A stretch of 64,000 bases of DNA from an uncultured Candidatus Saccharibacteria bacterium. GTDB lineage: Bacteria; Patescibacteriota; Minisyncoccia; Phycocordibacterales; UBA12088. A program made the translations under genes and the position numbers. The notes under the pieces are model-generated. The model had not been told where the DNA came from and ran no database searches. It saw only the letters and a list, made by a program, of their open reading frames with translations. Positions 19,538 through 29,631 of the stretch are shown piece by piece. The stretch is taken from NCBI GenBank assembly GCA_964521185.1, contig CAZFRC010000002.1, forward strand, positions 7,779-71,778, written 5' to 3'. Every line of letters begins with the position of its first letter. Positions within the stretch are counted from its first letter, which is position 1.

Positions 19538-20977
19538 ATGGATCGAATGTCAAAACGACTATTCCTCACTACCACGTTGCCGTATGTGAACGCCGATCCT
19601 CATATCGGGTTTGCTCTTGAGATAATTCACGCTGATGCTTACGCGCGATTCCACCGCCTCCTTGGGCACGATGTTTTTTTTAATACCGGTACTGACGAGC
19701 ATGGGCAAAAAATATTTGAGGCCGCTCATAAAAAAGGGGAAAATGTGCAAGCATACGTCAATCACTATGCGTCTGAATTCCAAAAACTTAAAGACATTCT
19801 AGATCTTTCAAACGACACTTTCATACGTACCACAGATCCTCATCATAAAGAGGCTGCTGCAGAGATGTGGAGGCGTTGCGATGCGTCTGGTGATATTTAT
19901 AAAAAAGCGTACGAAGGACTCTACTGTGTCGGATGTGAGCGATTCTTGACTGACAAAGATATTGAAAATGAAATGTGTGTCATCCATCTGAAACCGCCGA
20001 CACTTCTTCGTGAAGAAAATTACTTTTTTCGATTTTCTCGATATCAAGAAAAACTATTAAAGTATCTTTCAGGATCGGAGGTGATAATCCCTGAATGGCG
20101 ACGCGAGGAGGCGATAGCATTTGTGGAAGCAGGGCTTGAAGATTTCAGTATTTCGCGCGAAAAAAAGCGTCTTTCGTGGGGTATACCAGTGCCGGGCGAT
20201 GATACTCAGGTGATGTATGTGTGGTTTGACGCACTCACGAATTATATTTCAACCCTTGGATGGCCAGGAGATCAGGAAGGAAATTTCAAAACATATTGGG
20301 AGGAAGGTAAGGCAATACAGTTTGCCGGCAAGGATCAGGTGCGATTTCAGTCGCTCATGTGGCAGGCAATGCTCATGTCTGCGGGAGTTAAAAATACCGA
20401 CGTGATATTTTACCATGGATTCATCATTACGGGGGGGCAGAAAATGTCCAAGTCTTTGGGAAATGTTATTAGTCCGCTCGACATTGTGAATGAGTACGGT
20501 ACTGATGCGCTCCGCTACTATCTTTTGCGTCATGTGCATCCAGTCGACGATTCCGACGTGACTCTTCAAAAAATTAAAGAAATCTATAATGCTAATCTTG
20601 CAAACGGGCTCGGGAATCTTGCGGCTCGCATAATGAAACTCTCCGAAATCCATCTGACCACGTCGGTTTCCATACCGGAATCAAAAGTATTTCCGACCGA
20701 ATACGCTGAAGCACTGGATCGATTCGAATTTCATCACGCGGTCAATTATGTGTGGAATCGAATTCAGGCGCTTGATCAGCGTATTACAACCGAGGAACCG
20801 TTCCGTTTGATCCAAACAGATGTAGAGAAGGGAAAGAAAGTCATACAGAGTCTGGTGATTGAGCTCGGTTCCATTGCCCATCTTCTTCAGCCGTTAATGC
20901 CAGCGACCTCAAAGAAGCTCACCGATGCTATTCTTTCCAACAAAAAACCAGAGTCGTTATTTCCTCGGAAAGATTAA
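19538..20977 (+). CDS. metG: Methionine--tRNA ligase
   Basis: TTTLPYVNADPHIG, GTDEHG, YVWFDAL, KMSKSLGN. Confidence 0.97.
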   Translation: MDRMSKRLFLTTTLPYVNADPHIGFALEIIHADAYARFHRLLGHDVFFNTGTDEHGQKIFEAAHKKGENVQAYVNHYASEFQKLKDILDLSNDTFIRTTDPHHKEAAAEMWRRCDASGDIYKKAYEGLYCVGCERFLTDKDIENEMCVIHLKPPTLLREENYFFRFSRYQEKLLKYLSGSEVIIPEWRREEAIAFVEAGLEDFSISREKKRLSWGIPVPGDDTQVMYVWFDALTNYISTLGWPGDQEGNFKTYWEEGKAIQFAGKDQVRFQSLMWQAMLMSAGVKNTDVIFYHGFIITGGQKMSKSLGNVISPLDIVNEYGTDALRYYLLRHVHPVDDSDVTLQKIKEIYNANLANGLGNLAARIMKLSEIHLTTSVSIPESKVFPTEYAEALDRFEFHHAVNYVWNRIQALDQRITTEEPFRLIQTDVEKGKKVIQSLVIELGSIAHLLQPLMPATSKKLTDAILSNKKPESLFPRKD

Positions 20978-20995
20978 TCCGGAACAGAAACTATC

Positions 20996-21787
20996 GTGTC
21001 TACTGCGTTTGAAATTATAGATGTTCATTCTCATCTCAACCTCTCACATTTCGATGGGGACAGAGAAGTTGTTGTTGCTCGTATGGAGGCAGAGAAAATC
21101 GGAACGATTGTAATCGGAGTAGACCTTGAATCTTCCAGGCGAGCGGTGGCACTCGCGGATGCACACGCACATATATGGGCATCGGTGGGACTTCATCCGG
21201 CAGATAATCGATCCGAACGTTTTGATGAGGGGCGATACATAGAACTGCTACAACACAAAAGGGTAGTGGCAGTAGGAGAGTGCGGGCTTGATTATTATCG
21301 TGGTGCCGACGAGGCCGAGAAGAATCGGCAAAAGGAATTATTCGAGCGGCAGATTGTTTTTGCGAAGCAACACGATTTGCCGCTTATGCTCCACGGTCGG
21401 CCGAGCAAGGGAACGATGGATGCATACAGAGATATTATTGAAATTCTTTCCTCACAGACGAACGCTCGTGTGCGTGGCAACGTCCATTTTTTTGTTGGCG
21501 ATATTGCTACTGCCCGTCGATTCCTGGACTTAAATTTTACACTATCCTTCACCGGGGTCATTACCTTTTCTCGCGATTACGACGAAGTAATCCGATTTCT
21601 TCCAGAAGAAATGATACTTGCAGAAACCGACGCTCCGTTTGCCGCTCCGGAACCCTATCGAGGGAAGCGGTGCGACCCGCTTCATGTTAAGTTAGTGGCC
21701 GAAAAACTCGCGGAAATTCGTGCCGAAAATACGTCGGATTTTCGGCACGCCCTCCTCAAAAACACCAAAACGCTCTTCGGGGTCTAG
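20996..21787 (+). CDS. tatD: TatD family hydrolase
   Basis: DVHSHL, GLHP, VGECGLDY, ETDAPF. Confidence 0.93.
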   Translation: MSTAFEIIDVHSHLNLSHFDGDREVVVARMEAEKIGTIVIGVDLESSRRAVALADAHAHIWASVGLHPADNRSERFDEGRYIELLQHKRVVAVGECGLDYYRGADEAEKNRQKELFERQIVFAKQHDLPLMLHGRPSKGTMDAYRDIIEILSSQTNARVRGNVHFFVGDIATARRFLDLNFTLSFTGVITFSRDYDEVIRFLPEEMILAETDAPFAAPEPYRGKRCDPLHVKLVAEKLAEIRAENTSDFRHALLKNTKTLFGV

Positions 21788-21829
21788 CTTGCGGGAGTGT
21801 TTTTCCTGTGCTAGTGTTACGCACACTAT

Positions 21830-22366
21830 ATGGCAGAAAATGACGAATTGAACGCCGTTCATATATCCGAGGAAGAAGATGTTGGGGCTGACCCCGGCCT
21901 TGTTTCGTGTTACGAAATAGGATTCCATTTGCCTCCTACTTTTTCCGACACGGAAATTTCCGGATACCTTGAAAAAATTCATACCCTCCTTGAATCGAAC
22001 GGGGCATTGGTTATAGCCGAAGGACATCCAGAACTTATTGACCTCGCGTATCCCATACAAGGGCAAAAGACAAATGTATGGTTTACCAACGCTTATTTTG
22101 GATGGATTAAGTTTGAATTACCTCGCGCGCACATCCTGTCTATACAGACCGCCTTTGAAGCAGATGGGTCGATCGTCCGTTTTCTGTTGGTCGCCGCTTC
22201 TCGCGATGTAACTATTCCGTTTCGCAAGGCAGTCCGAGTAAGTGATAAGCCAGAGAAAAAATTTACACAACCATCAGTTGTTGCTCCGTATCAGGAAATC
22301 TCTGAAGAAGAACTGGATAAGGCTGTAGAACAGCTTGTCGGCGAACCCACCACTGCGGTACAGTAA
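21830..22366 (+). CDS. rpsF: 30S ribosomal protein S6 with acidic extensions
   Basis: YEIGFHL, LAYPI, AYFGWIKF, IVRFLLV; located before ssb-rpsR. Confidence 0.88.
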   Translation: MAENDELNAVHISEEEDVGADPGLVSCYEIGFHLPPTFSDTEISGYLEKIHTLLESNGALVIAEGHPELIDLAYPIQGQKTNVWFTNAYFGWIKFELPRAHILSIQTAFEADGSIVRFLLVAASRDVTIPFRKAVRVSDKPEKKFTQPSVVAPYQEISEEELDKAVEQLVGEPTTAVQ

Positions 22367-22371
22367 GAAGC

Positions 22372-22815
22372 ATGTATCTCAACAAGGCGTACATCCTCGG
22401 CAACCTCACCCGCGATCCTGAGCTTCGATCGCTCCCTTCAGGAGCCAAGGTTGCTTCGTTTGGCGTTGCGACCAATCGCCGATACAAGGATCAAAATGGT
22501 ACATGGCAAGACGCCACTGAGTATCACAATATCGTCGTATTTGGTCGCTCCGCAGAAACATCAGCCCAATATCTCAAAAAGGGCAGTTCGGTATTAGTTG
22601 AAGGGCGGATTCAAACGCGGAGCTGGGAGTCAGATGGTAAAAAGAACTATCGCACAGAAATTGTTGCAGAGCGTGTACAGTTTGGTCCTCGAAGCAGTGG
22701 CGGAAACAGCGAAAGCGGGAAAGAGAATCCTCGAAATGGGGGGGCTTCACAAAAAGAAGAAAATGCGATTGAATACCCCGACGAGGAAATTAATCCGGAC
22801 GATATTCCATTTTAA
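22372..22815 (+). CDS. ssb: Single-stranded DNA-binding protein
   Basis: LNKAYILGNLTRDPELR, VEGRIQTRSW, C-terminal DDIPF. Confidence 0.98.
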   Translation: MYLNKAYILGNLTRDPELRSLPSGAKVASFGVATNRRYKDQNGTWQDATEYHNIVVFGRSAETSAQYLKKGSSVLVEGRIQTRSWESDGKKNYRTEIVAERVQFGPRSSGGNSESGKENPRNGGASQKEENAIEYPDEEINPDDIPF

Positions 22816-22834
22816 CCACCATTCAACAGATCAT

Positions 22835-23029
22835 ATGCACGCAACGCAAAAAGACAGCCCAAAACACATTGATTGGAAGGATATTGAAACTTTGAGAAAA
22901 TTCGTAAATCCTCACGGCCGTATCAATGCCAAAAAACATACAAATCTTTCGGCAAAAGATCAGCGGTTGCTCAAAACTGCCATTAAGCGAGCTCGGTTTA
23001 TGGGCCTTCTCCCTTACATCGAGAGATAA
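22835..23029 (+). CDS. rpsR: 30S ribosomal protein S18
   Basis: IDWKDIETLRKF...QRLLKTAIKRARFMGLLPY. Confidence 0.95.
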   Translation: MHATQKDSPKHIDWKDIETLRKFVNPHGRINAKKHTNLSAKDQRLLKTAIKRARFMGLLPYIER

Positions 23030-23064
23030 ACACGTTTTGTAGTGAGTAACAATAGAGTGTGGCA

Positions 23065-23098
23065 AACACTACACCCGCCAGATGGCGGGTGTAGTGTT
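23065..23098. terminator. Hairpin between convergent rpsR and efp
   Basis: AACACTACACCCGCC-AGAT-GGCGGGTGTAGTGTT, 15-bp perfect stem. Confidence 0.75.
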
Positions 23099-23129
23099 CT
23101 TCCGACAATGATCAGTGTTCTTTCAACCA

Positions 23130-23702
23130 TTATGAACCTTTCTCCATTCGCTCAACGTATTCACCAGTTTCTGTGTTGATGCGCACCAAGTCGCCTTCGT
23201 TAATAAAAAGGGGAGTCATTAATGTTGCACCGGTTTCAAGAACAACTTGTTTTGATGCGCCCTGTGCCGTATTACCTTTGACTGCCGGAGCGGCTTCTTT
23301 GACGAGAAGGTCCATTTTAATAGGGAGCGTAATTCCTATGATTTTTTCATCGAAAACGAGAGCATCCACCGCCGTTTTTTCTTTAAGGAATCGAGAGGAG
23401 TCCCCTATAATTGTTTCAGGAACTGAAAAACGCGCTCGCGGGTTGTCTTCTTCGTGGAACCAGCTATCACCTTTTTGTCTATAAATAAACACTACTTTCT
23501 TTTTAGAGATATCCGCCTCGTCAATCGACTCTGATTGATGGAATGACTTCTCTACTACTTTACCGGAAATAAGATTACGGAGCTTAGTCTGATTCACTGG
23601 TTTTCGCTGTTGTTTACGAAATACGTGTGCAGAAAGCACTTCATAGGGCTCTCCGTCGACGATGATAAACTTTTTTGGAAGCACTTCGTTATAATCAAGC
23701 AT
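23130..23702 (-). CDS. efp: Elongation factor P
   Basis: IIVDGEPY, KLRNLISG, PAVKGNTA, LETG, PLFINEGD...INTETGEY. Confidence 0.93.
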   Translation of the reverse strand: MLDYNEVLPKKFIIVDGEPYEVLSAHVFRKQQRKPVNQTKLRNLISGKVVEKSFHQSESIDEADISKKKVVFIYRQKGDSWFHEEDNPRARFSVPETIIGDSSRFLKEKTAVDALVFDEKIIGITLPIKMDLLVKEAAPAVKGNTAQGASKQVVLETGATLMTPLFINEGDLVRINTETGEYVERMEKGS

Positions 23703-23886
23703 TGGGGCATTCTAGACGGTTTGCCCACGTTTTTCAAGATATACCACCAAAGCGTCCGTATTGAGATTTCCAGGTCATTCCTCCATATAGAGAAAAGATT
23801 GAAACCTTGAGGCAAATGCCCAGGTTGTCCTTTGTATGGGTGAAGGTATGATGGGGAGGCACGGCATAGCGTGTACGGTGTTGCGT

Positions 23887-24462
23887 ATGAAAGACACAGA
23901 GTTTTTTGAAGTTGCCACACGTTCTGACGAAGAAGTTTTGACATTGTCGCTTGCACACCCCGCGTTATTTGAAGAGTTGGTTCGGCGCTACCAAACCCCA
24001 TTCCTTCGAAAAGCGGAAAGCATCCTGAGGAATCGAAACGACGCGGAAGATGTGGTACAAGATACTTTTACTCGAATCTATATCGCGGGGGCTCGTTTTA
24101 AAACAGTGCCTGGTGCTTCGTTTCGATCGTGGGCGTATCGTATTCTAGTAAATACGGCGATTACCCGATATCAGAAAAATAAACGTGTGCGCGACGGGTT
24201 TGCCGAACTTGAGCCCGAGACGTACGAGATGCTTCCTGATCATGGTCAGCTTCGCGAAAGAGAAGAAAGGGAGCTTTCGGATTACATAGTGTCGGCGTTC
24301 GCACGCATTCCAGACATACTCGAAAGATCTTTACGGATGCATTTTTTGGAAGGGAAGACGCAGGAAGAAATTGCGCACAAAGAGGGAGTGTCAGTTGGGG
24401 CAATCAAAACGCGCGTGCATCGAGCCAAGAAAGCGTTTCGTGATGCGAGTAAACATATATAA
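23887..24462 (+). CDS. ECF RNA polymerase sigma factor
   Basis: FEELVRRY, DAEDVVQDTF, FRSWAYRI, EEIA...SVGAIKTRVHRAK. Confidence 0.92.
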   Translation: MKDTEFFEVATRSDEEVLTLSLAHPALFEELVRRYQTPFLRKAESILRNRNDAEDVVQDTFTRIYIAGARFKTVPGASFRSWAYRILVNTAITRYQKNKRVRDGFAELEPETYEMLPDHGQLREREERELSDYIVSAFARIPDILERSLRMHFLEGKTQEEIAHKEGVSVGAIKTRVHRAKKAFRDASKHI

Positions 24463-24478
24463 TGCAGGTATAATGTTC

Positions 24479-24808
24479 ATGTCTATGGACACAGATAATG
24501 AAAATTTAAATAGAAAAATAATGCGCCGCATTTGGATCGTGTATTTTTTACGACGCGTATGGACCCCACTCCTTCGAAAAATCTATGTCCTTGCAGGATT
24601 GTTTTTTGCGGTGACTTCGTTGGTGTCTCTCCCAAATGTCATTGCTAATCTTCCCCAAGAAGGGTTGCGTGCGATTGGCACATTTCTATGGAATGCACTC
24701 ATTAATGCGGAGTTTGCGGTACAAATGCTAACGATAGGAATGGTTGTGTGGGTATCCCTCCTCGTCCGAGACATTTTGATACAAATGAAGCCTTCATCAT
24801 TTGCGTAA
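24479..24808 (+). CDS. Small two-TM protein, candidate anti-sigma factor
   Basis: Immediately follows the ECF gene; two hydrophobic segments; start uncertain (24473/24479/24485). Confidence 0.5.
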   Translation: MSMDTDNENLNRKIMRRIWIVYFLRRVWTPLLRKIYVLAGLFFAVTSLVSLPNVIANLPQEGLRAIGTFLWNALINAEFAVQMLTIGMVVWVSLLVRDILIQMKPSSFA

Positions 24809-24815
24809 ACGGCGT

Positions 24816-25856
24816 TTATATTGAGAATTCTTCACGAAGCTTTTCTCGTATTTGCTTAAGGAGTTCATGCGATACGGATTTATTCTCTCGAAGGTATGTT
24901 CGTGTTGCGTCATATCCTTTACCAAGCGGTTGGTCGTTAAATTTATACGACGCACCTGATTTAGAAATAATGCCGTATTTTTCCCCAAGCGCGAGCATTT
25001 CACCTTCGCGGGAGATACCTTCATTGTAGATAAGATCAAATTCAGTCTGACGAAAGGGTGCAGCGACTTTGTTTTTTACCACCTTGACTCGGTGACGCCC
25101 GCCGACGACTTCATCTCCTTTCTTAATTTGGGCGATGCGACGAATGTCGAGCCGTACTGATGTGTAAAATTTGAGCGCCTTGCCTCCCGGCGTGGTTTCA
25201 GGATTTCCAAACATAACTCCAATTTGCATTCGGATTTGGTTAATGAAAATCACAATGGTTTTTGATCGTGCCACTATCGCGGTGAGTTTTCGAAGAGCCT
25301 GGCTCATAAGGCGGGCTTGTTTTCCTACATGCGTCTGGCCCATATCTCCCTCAATTTCATCTTTAGGGGTAAGGGCGGCGACGGAATCGATTACTACCAC
25401 ATCTATTTTTCCGCTTCGCACCAATGATTCACAGATTTCAAGCGCCTGTTCCCCGGTGTCGGGTTGTGAAATCAACAAATCGTCGATTTTTACTCCAAGA
25501 CGTTTCGTGTATTCGGGATCAAGCGCATGCTCTGCGTCGATATACGCACACACGCCTCCTTTCTTTTGCGCTTCAGCTACCACATGGAGCGACAGCGTTG
25601 TTTTTCCAGAGGATTCTGGACCAAAGATTTCAATAATGCGTCCACGGGGAAGCCCACCAATACCGAGCGCTGCGTCGAGTCCTAATGAACCAGTTGGTAT
25701 TGTGTCGACGTTCACCTTGGGGCGTTCGCCAAGGGTCATTATTGCTTCGTCACCGAACTTAGTTTTAATTGCCTTAAGCGCGTCTTCTATCAGCGAACGA
25801 TCATTCTCCATTGGTTTCTCCTCTGAACTAGATCTCGCTGTTTTTTTCTTTAGCAT
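24816..25856 (-). CDS. recA: Recombinase A
   Basis: [43 protein letters not shown]. Confidence 0.99.
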   Translation of the reverse strand: MLKKKTARSSSEEKPMENDRSLIEDALKAIKTKFGDEAIMTLGERPKVNVDTIPTGSLGLDAALGIGGLPRGRIIEIFGPESSGKTTLSLHVVAEAQKKGGVCAYIDAEHALDPEYTKRLGVKIDDLLISQPDTGEQALEICESLVRSGKIDVVVIDSVAALTPKDEIEGDMGQTHVGKQARLMSQALRKLTAIVARSKTIVIFINQIRMQIGVMFGNPETTPGGKALKFYTSVRLDIRRIAQIKKGDEVVGGRHRVKVVKNKVAAPFRQTEFDLIYNEGISREGEMLALGEKYGIISKSGASYKFNDQPLGKGYDATRTYLRENKSVSHELLKQIREKLREEFSI

Positions 25857-26208
25857 GTTCGACAGTAATGTGGCGTTCCACGGTTATCTCCCTATTAAAA
25901 CGATCTTTTGCAGTTATAACGAGTACAGTATACCCCATGGGAAGTAGAAGCGCCTCCGTAAATCTCCCCTCCTCATCGGTGAACACCCGCCTTCCGTTCA
26001 GTGTAATAAATGAAGCGTTTTTTATAACTCCGCTTATTGTAACGAATGGGTGCATGAAATGATCCCCATCTTGCGGAGATATGATTGTGATGGATGGACC
26101 CGATAGATATCGGCGCGCCTCGAATAGGGTATATCCGATAAAAAGTACGATCCCAGCAATTAAAAGTACGACCGTTTTTTTCGAAAGCGTATTATCGAAC
26201 CGCATCAT
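25828..26208 (-). CDS. Small membrane-anchored Ig-like protein
   Basis: N-terminal TM, then GPSITIISP...ITLNGR...GRF...ITAKDRF; lies between ftsK and recA. Confidence 0.65.
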   Translation of the reverse strand: MMRFDNTLSKKTVVLLIAGIVLFIGYTLFEARRYLSGPSITIISPQDGDHFMHPFVTISGVIKNASFITLNGRRVFTDEEGRFTEALLLPMGYTVLVITAKDRFNREITVERHITVEHAKEKNSEI

Positions 26209-28453
26209 CGTTTTCTAAAGTATCAGCACTGGTATCTTTGGTTCCGACCAGTATTTCCCGCGGCCTTGAACCATCCTGGGGCCCTATAACTCCGCGCTCT
26301 TCGAGCACATCCATCAGTCGCGCGGCTCGCGCGTATCCAATACGGAGTCTTCGTTGCAGATATGAGGTTGAAGCTTTGCCCGCCGAAACCACCTCATCTT
26401 TTGCACGCTCATATAGCTCGTCATCAATTTCTTCTTCATCCTCCAGCGAACCGCTAAAGATGGGATTATCCATACTTTGGACCTCTTTTGAAGTGAAATC
26501 AACCTGGCTTGGCGGCGCATCGTCTGTTTTTTTCAAATAATTGACTACGTTTTTTACCTCAGATTCTGATATGAACGCCGATTGCAAACGAAGCGGCTTT
26601 GCCATATCGCCGGAAAGGTAGAGCATGTCTCCTGCCCCCAAAAGCTTTTCTGCTCCCCCCATATCAAGAATTGTTCGGGAATCGATTTGCGATGATACCT
26701 GGAGTGCGGCTCGAGCAGGGATGTTTGCTTTGATAAGTCCAGTGATAACGTTAACTGAAGGCCGTTGAGTTGACAGCACCAGATGGATGCCAACCGCTCG
26801 GCTCATTTGAGCAAGGCGCACAACCGCAGCTTCCATTTCGCGAGGGTATGTTTGCATTATGTCAGCAAGTTCATCGACAACGATTACTACATAGGGCATC
26901 GGCTCAGGAAGTGTTCCGTCCGAGTCGGTGCGCCCACCCATTTTTTTCATGGCAGGGGCCACCACAGATTCATGATACGAATGAATATCCCGCACTTTTT
27001 CAGTTTCAAGAATGTCGTATCGGCGATCCATCTCTTTCGCAGCCCACTTTAATGCTAGGATTGCCTTCTTTGCATCAGTGATAACAGGAGAAAGCAAGTG
27101 TGGAATACCGTTGTACAGTGTCAGTTCTACGCGTTTTGGATCAATCATAATAAACCGCATGGCGTTTGGACCATTTCGATACAGCAGAGAAGTAATGAGA
27201 CCGTGAATGGTTACCGACTTTCCGCTTCCCGTGGTACCCGCGATCAGAAGGTGGGGCATTTTTGCAATATCCGCATAATGAGGGGTGCCTGCAATATCTC
27301 GTCCGAGTGCGGTGAGGAGTGTTTTTTGGCTTTCCACGAAAGGAGATGCTCCGATCAGAGAACCAAGCCCTACGAGTGCTTTTGCAGAATTAGGCACCTC
27401 GATCCCGACTAGCGATTTTCCTGGGATGGGTGCCTCAATGCGGATCGGAGAAGCCGCGAGTGCGAGTTCAATGTTGCTTTGAAGGCTGACAATTTTAGAT
27501 ATACGGACGCCCTCAGCGGGTTTTAGTGCGTAGCGAGTAACCGTGGGACCAACCGATATTTCATCAATCTCCACTTGAATACCGAAATTTTGGAGTGCGC
27601 GTTTGATAATGTTGGCGTTCGCTTTTGTATCTCCCACGCTCGCTTTGCCACGATCTTTTTCAAGGAGTGAAAGCGGAGGTGGTTCATAAGGACTCCATGA
27701 TGTTTGGAGAATTCGCCCGAACGTTCCCGTATCTTCGTGGAGAGGTTCTACAGCCTGGTGTTTTATCTTTGAAGTCGCAAGAGGCTCACTTGGTGCTCGA
27801 ACGGGGACATTCTCCTCAAAGTCTTCTTTTTGATCGGAACCATGTTCCGGGTTTGTTTTTTCAAAAAACTCGGGATCTTGACCTTCTTCTGCGATCACAT
27901 TGTCGGCATATTCTCCTCTATCAAAAATAAATCCTCGAAACCGTTCAAACACACTTCTGAATGTGGGCATAGATAATTCGAGTGCGGCATTAAAAAGAAT
28001 CAGAAGCGCGCTCACTATGATGGCGCAAAGAAAGAGAATCGAAACGTATATATCAAATATTTGCCTAAGAAGAACACCAAACGCCTGTCCGATTACTCCG
28101 CCGTGCTCGTTAGCGGTAACGCCAATGAGACCGAGTGTCGCGGTAAATAACCCAAGAGCGGCGACGCCGCGGACGATACTAAGAGACGTTTTACCTCCCC
28201 TCAGAATGATCCAGGAAAATATCACCAAAACCGTCGGGATCATAAAAAAACCGATGCCAAAAAGATACGCTAGCGCTTTGTACACAAACGTCCCAACACG
28301 TCCTGCACTGTCAAAGGCCGCGAGCAAGAAGAAACCGCTTGCGGTAAACGCAAGGAGGGCAACAATGCTTCTGAGCGTTTCAGTACGAATCTCATCGAAA
28401 ATAGATCCAGTATCAGAAACTTCAGAAACCCGATTCTTTCTTTTTTGTCCCAT
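26192..28453 (-). CDS. ftsK: DNA translocase FtsK
   Basis: 4 N-terminal TMs, IRIEAPIPGK, MPHLLIAGTTGSGKS, DELAD, gamma domain STSYLQRRLRIGYARAAR. Confidence 0.97.
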   Translation of the reverse strand: MGQKRKNRVSEVSDTGSIFDEIRTETLRSIVALLAFTASGFFLLAAFDSAGRVGTFVYKALAYLFGIGFFMIPTVLVIFSWIILRGGKTSLSIVRGVAALGLFTATLGLIGVTANEHGGVIGQAFGVLLRQIFDIYVSILFLCAIIVSALLILFNAALELSMPTFRSVFERFRGFIFDRGEYADNVIAEEGQDPEFFEKTNPEHGSDQKEDFEENVPVRAPSEPLATSKIKHQAVEPLHEDTGTFGRILQTSWSPYEPPPLSLLEKDRGKASVGDTKANANIIKRALQNFGIQVEIDEISVGPTVTRYALKPAEGVRISKIVSLQSNIELALAASPIRIEAPIPGKSLVGIEVPNSAKALVGLGSLIGASPFVESQKTLLTALGRDIAGTPHYADIAKMPHLLIAGTTGSGKSVTIHGLITSLLYRNGPNAMRFIMIDPKRVELTLYNGIPHLLSPVITDAKKAILALKWAAKEMDRRYDILETEKVRDIHSYHESVVAPAMKKMGGRTDSDGTLPEPMPYVVIVVDELADIMQTYPREMEAAVVRLAQMSRAVGIHLVLSTQRPSVNVITGLIKANIPARAALQVSSQIDSRTILDMGGAEKLLGAGDMLYLSGDMAKPLRLQSAFISESEVKNVVNYLKKTDDAPPSQVDFTSKEVQSMDNPIFSGSLEDEEEIDDELYERAKDEVVSAGKASTSYLQRRLRIGYARAARLMDVLEERGVIGPQDGSRPREILVGTKDTSADTLENDDAVR

Positions 28454-28556
28454 GAACGCTCCAATGATAGCAAAAATATTGCTGAGACACCCCACAAACA
28501 AGGTGGGAAATAAAAACCCACCTCTGCAACACTAAAGGGCAGTATGCAATATACCA

Positions 28557-29303
28557 AAAAGACAGCAAAGGATTACTATATAAGTCATAAAAGACGTACG
28601 CTACGATTGTCTTTTAAATACAAGTAGCATGTATGAATTTAAGTCTTTTATAAAAAGACTAAAAATATAGTTAAAAAATATGTCTTTTATTAAAAAAGGA
28701 CGTGATGTATACTTTATAACCAAAAAGGTAGAAAGAATTGCTGCAGCAATACACCTCCTTACTGCGCGAATTCAGGATGATCCCATGTCTAAAAAAATAA
28801 GGGAAGCCAGCGCTTCTTGCCTCCATATAACGATGCAAGACCCTTTCCAAGGAGCCGTTATAAATAAGACGCTTGAATGGCAAAAATCATTTCTTACGGT
28901 GCTTCACAATTCTGAATATATATCGCCAATGAACTATGAAATAGTATGTGAAGAAATAGACAATGTACGTATAGTGGTGAGTGAGGTTGAGAGAGAAAAT
29001 CAAAAAACAGGACCGATATTCACTCGAGAGTATTTTAAAGTACCATTTCGGGATCGTTTTGAAACCCCACCCAAAAATCAAGCAGTATCTTCCTTTCAAG
29101 ATAAAGGACAATTCCGAGAAGAAAGGGAGGTATCAAAAGGACACTTCATTACTTCAAAAGGACAAAAAACACCTACAAGTATTCTAAAGGACAGTAACGT
29201 AACTTATAATAATGGACGTGATGAAAGGATAAAAAGTATACTATCAATAGTAGATTCTATTGGGAGTGTAACGATAAAGGACATATCGAGAACTATAAAA
29301 GAC
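28557..29303. repeat. Cluster of 13 AAA(A/G)GAC heptamers on both strands
   Basis: Forward at 28557, 28589, 28653, 28695, 29103, 29136, 29157, 29186, 29276, 29297; reverse (GTCTTTT) at 28609, 28643, 28682. Confidence 0.85.
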
Positions 29304-29420
29304 TTAAGCGAAAAAACAATACAAAGAGAATTGCTAGCTCTTGTAGGGAAAGGGATATTACAAAAAAACGGAGAGCGTCGTTGGAGTACGTATTCAATGG
29401 CAGAACGTAAGGAAATATAA
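28680..29420 (+). CDS. Protein with N-terminal helical-bundle-like domain and C-terminal winged HTH
   Basis: C-terminus ILSIV...VTIKDI...SEKTIQRELLALV.KGIL.K.GERRWSTY (DeoR-like wHTH); N-terminus KKVERIAAAIHLLT...KKIRE...YISPMN; AT-rich DNA. Confidence 0.7.
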   Translation: MSFIKKGRDVYFITKKVERIAAAIHLLTARIQDDPMSKKIREASASCLHITMQDPFQGAVINKTLEWQKSFLTVLHNSEYISPMNYEIVCEEIDNVRIVVSEVERENQKTGPIFTREYFKVPFRDRFETPPKNQAVSSFQDKGQFREEREVSKGHFITSKGQKTPTSILKDSNVTYNNGRDERIKSILSIVDSIGSVTIKDISRTIKDLSEKTIQRELLALVGKGILQKNGERRWSTYSMAERKEI

Positions 29421-29535
29421 GGACGATTTTTCATACAAAAAGGGTAAGAGGGACGGTGTCAGAACGTCTCTTTGTCTAGAAGGAGGCATAGTCCATTTCT
29501 TTGACTTTTGGCTCTCAATATGAGATTCTGAACCC

Positions 29536-29594
29536 TGTGGATAAATGTAACAAAAAGCCCTATGAAATAGTGGCTTTTGGTGTTTTTATCCACA
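29536..29594. promoter_or_regulatory. Two perfect DnaA boxes in inverted orientation
   Basis: TGTGGATAA at 29536-29544 and TTATCCACA at 29586-29594. Confidence 0.7.
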
Positions 29595-29603
29595 CGGCGC
29601 CCT

Positions 29604-29631
29604 TTGCTGCATCCTCCCAGGCTTCTATACT
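29604..29631 (+). promoter_or_regulatory. Candidate promoter for the S-layer-like gene
   Basis: TTGCTG-16 nt-TATACT. Confidence 0.45.

Noticed and set aside
28557-29303. CRISPR or DGR interpretation of the repeats and Avd-like domain
   Set aside because: Repeats are 7-9 nt and irregularly spaced; no cas genes, reverse transcriptase or TR/VR pair in the window
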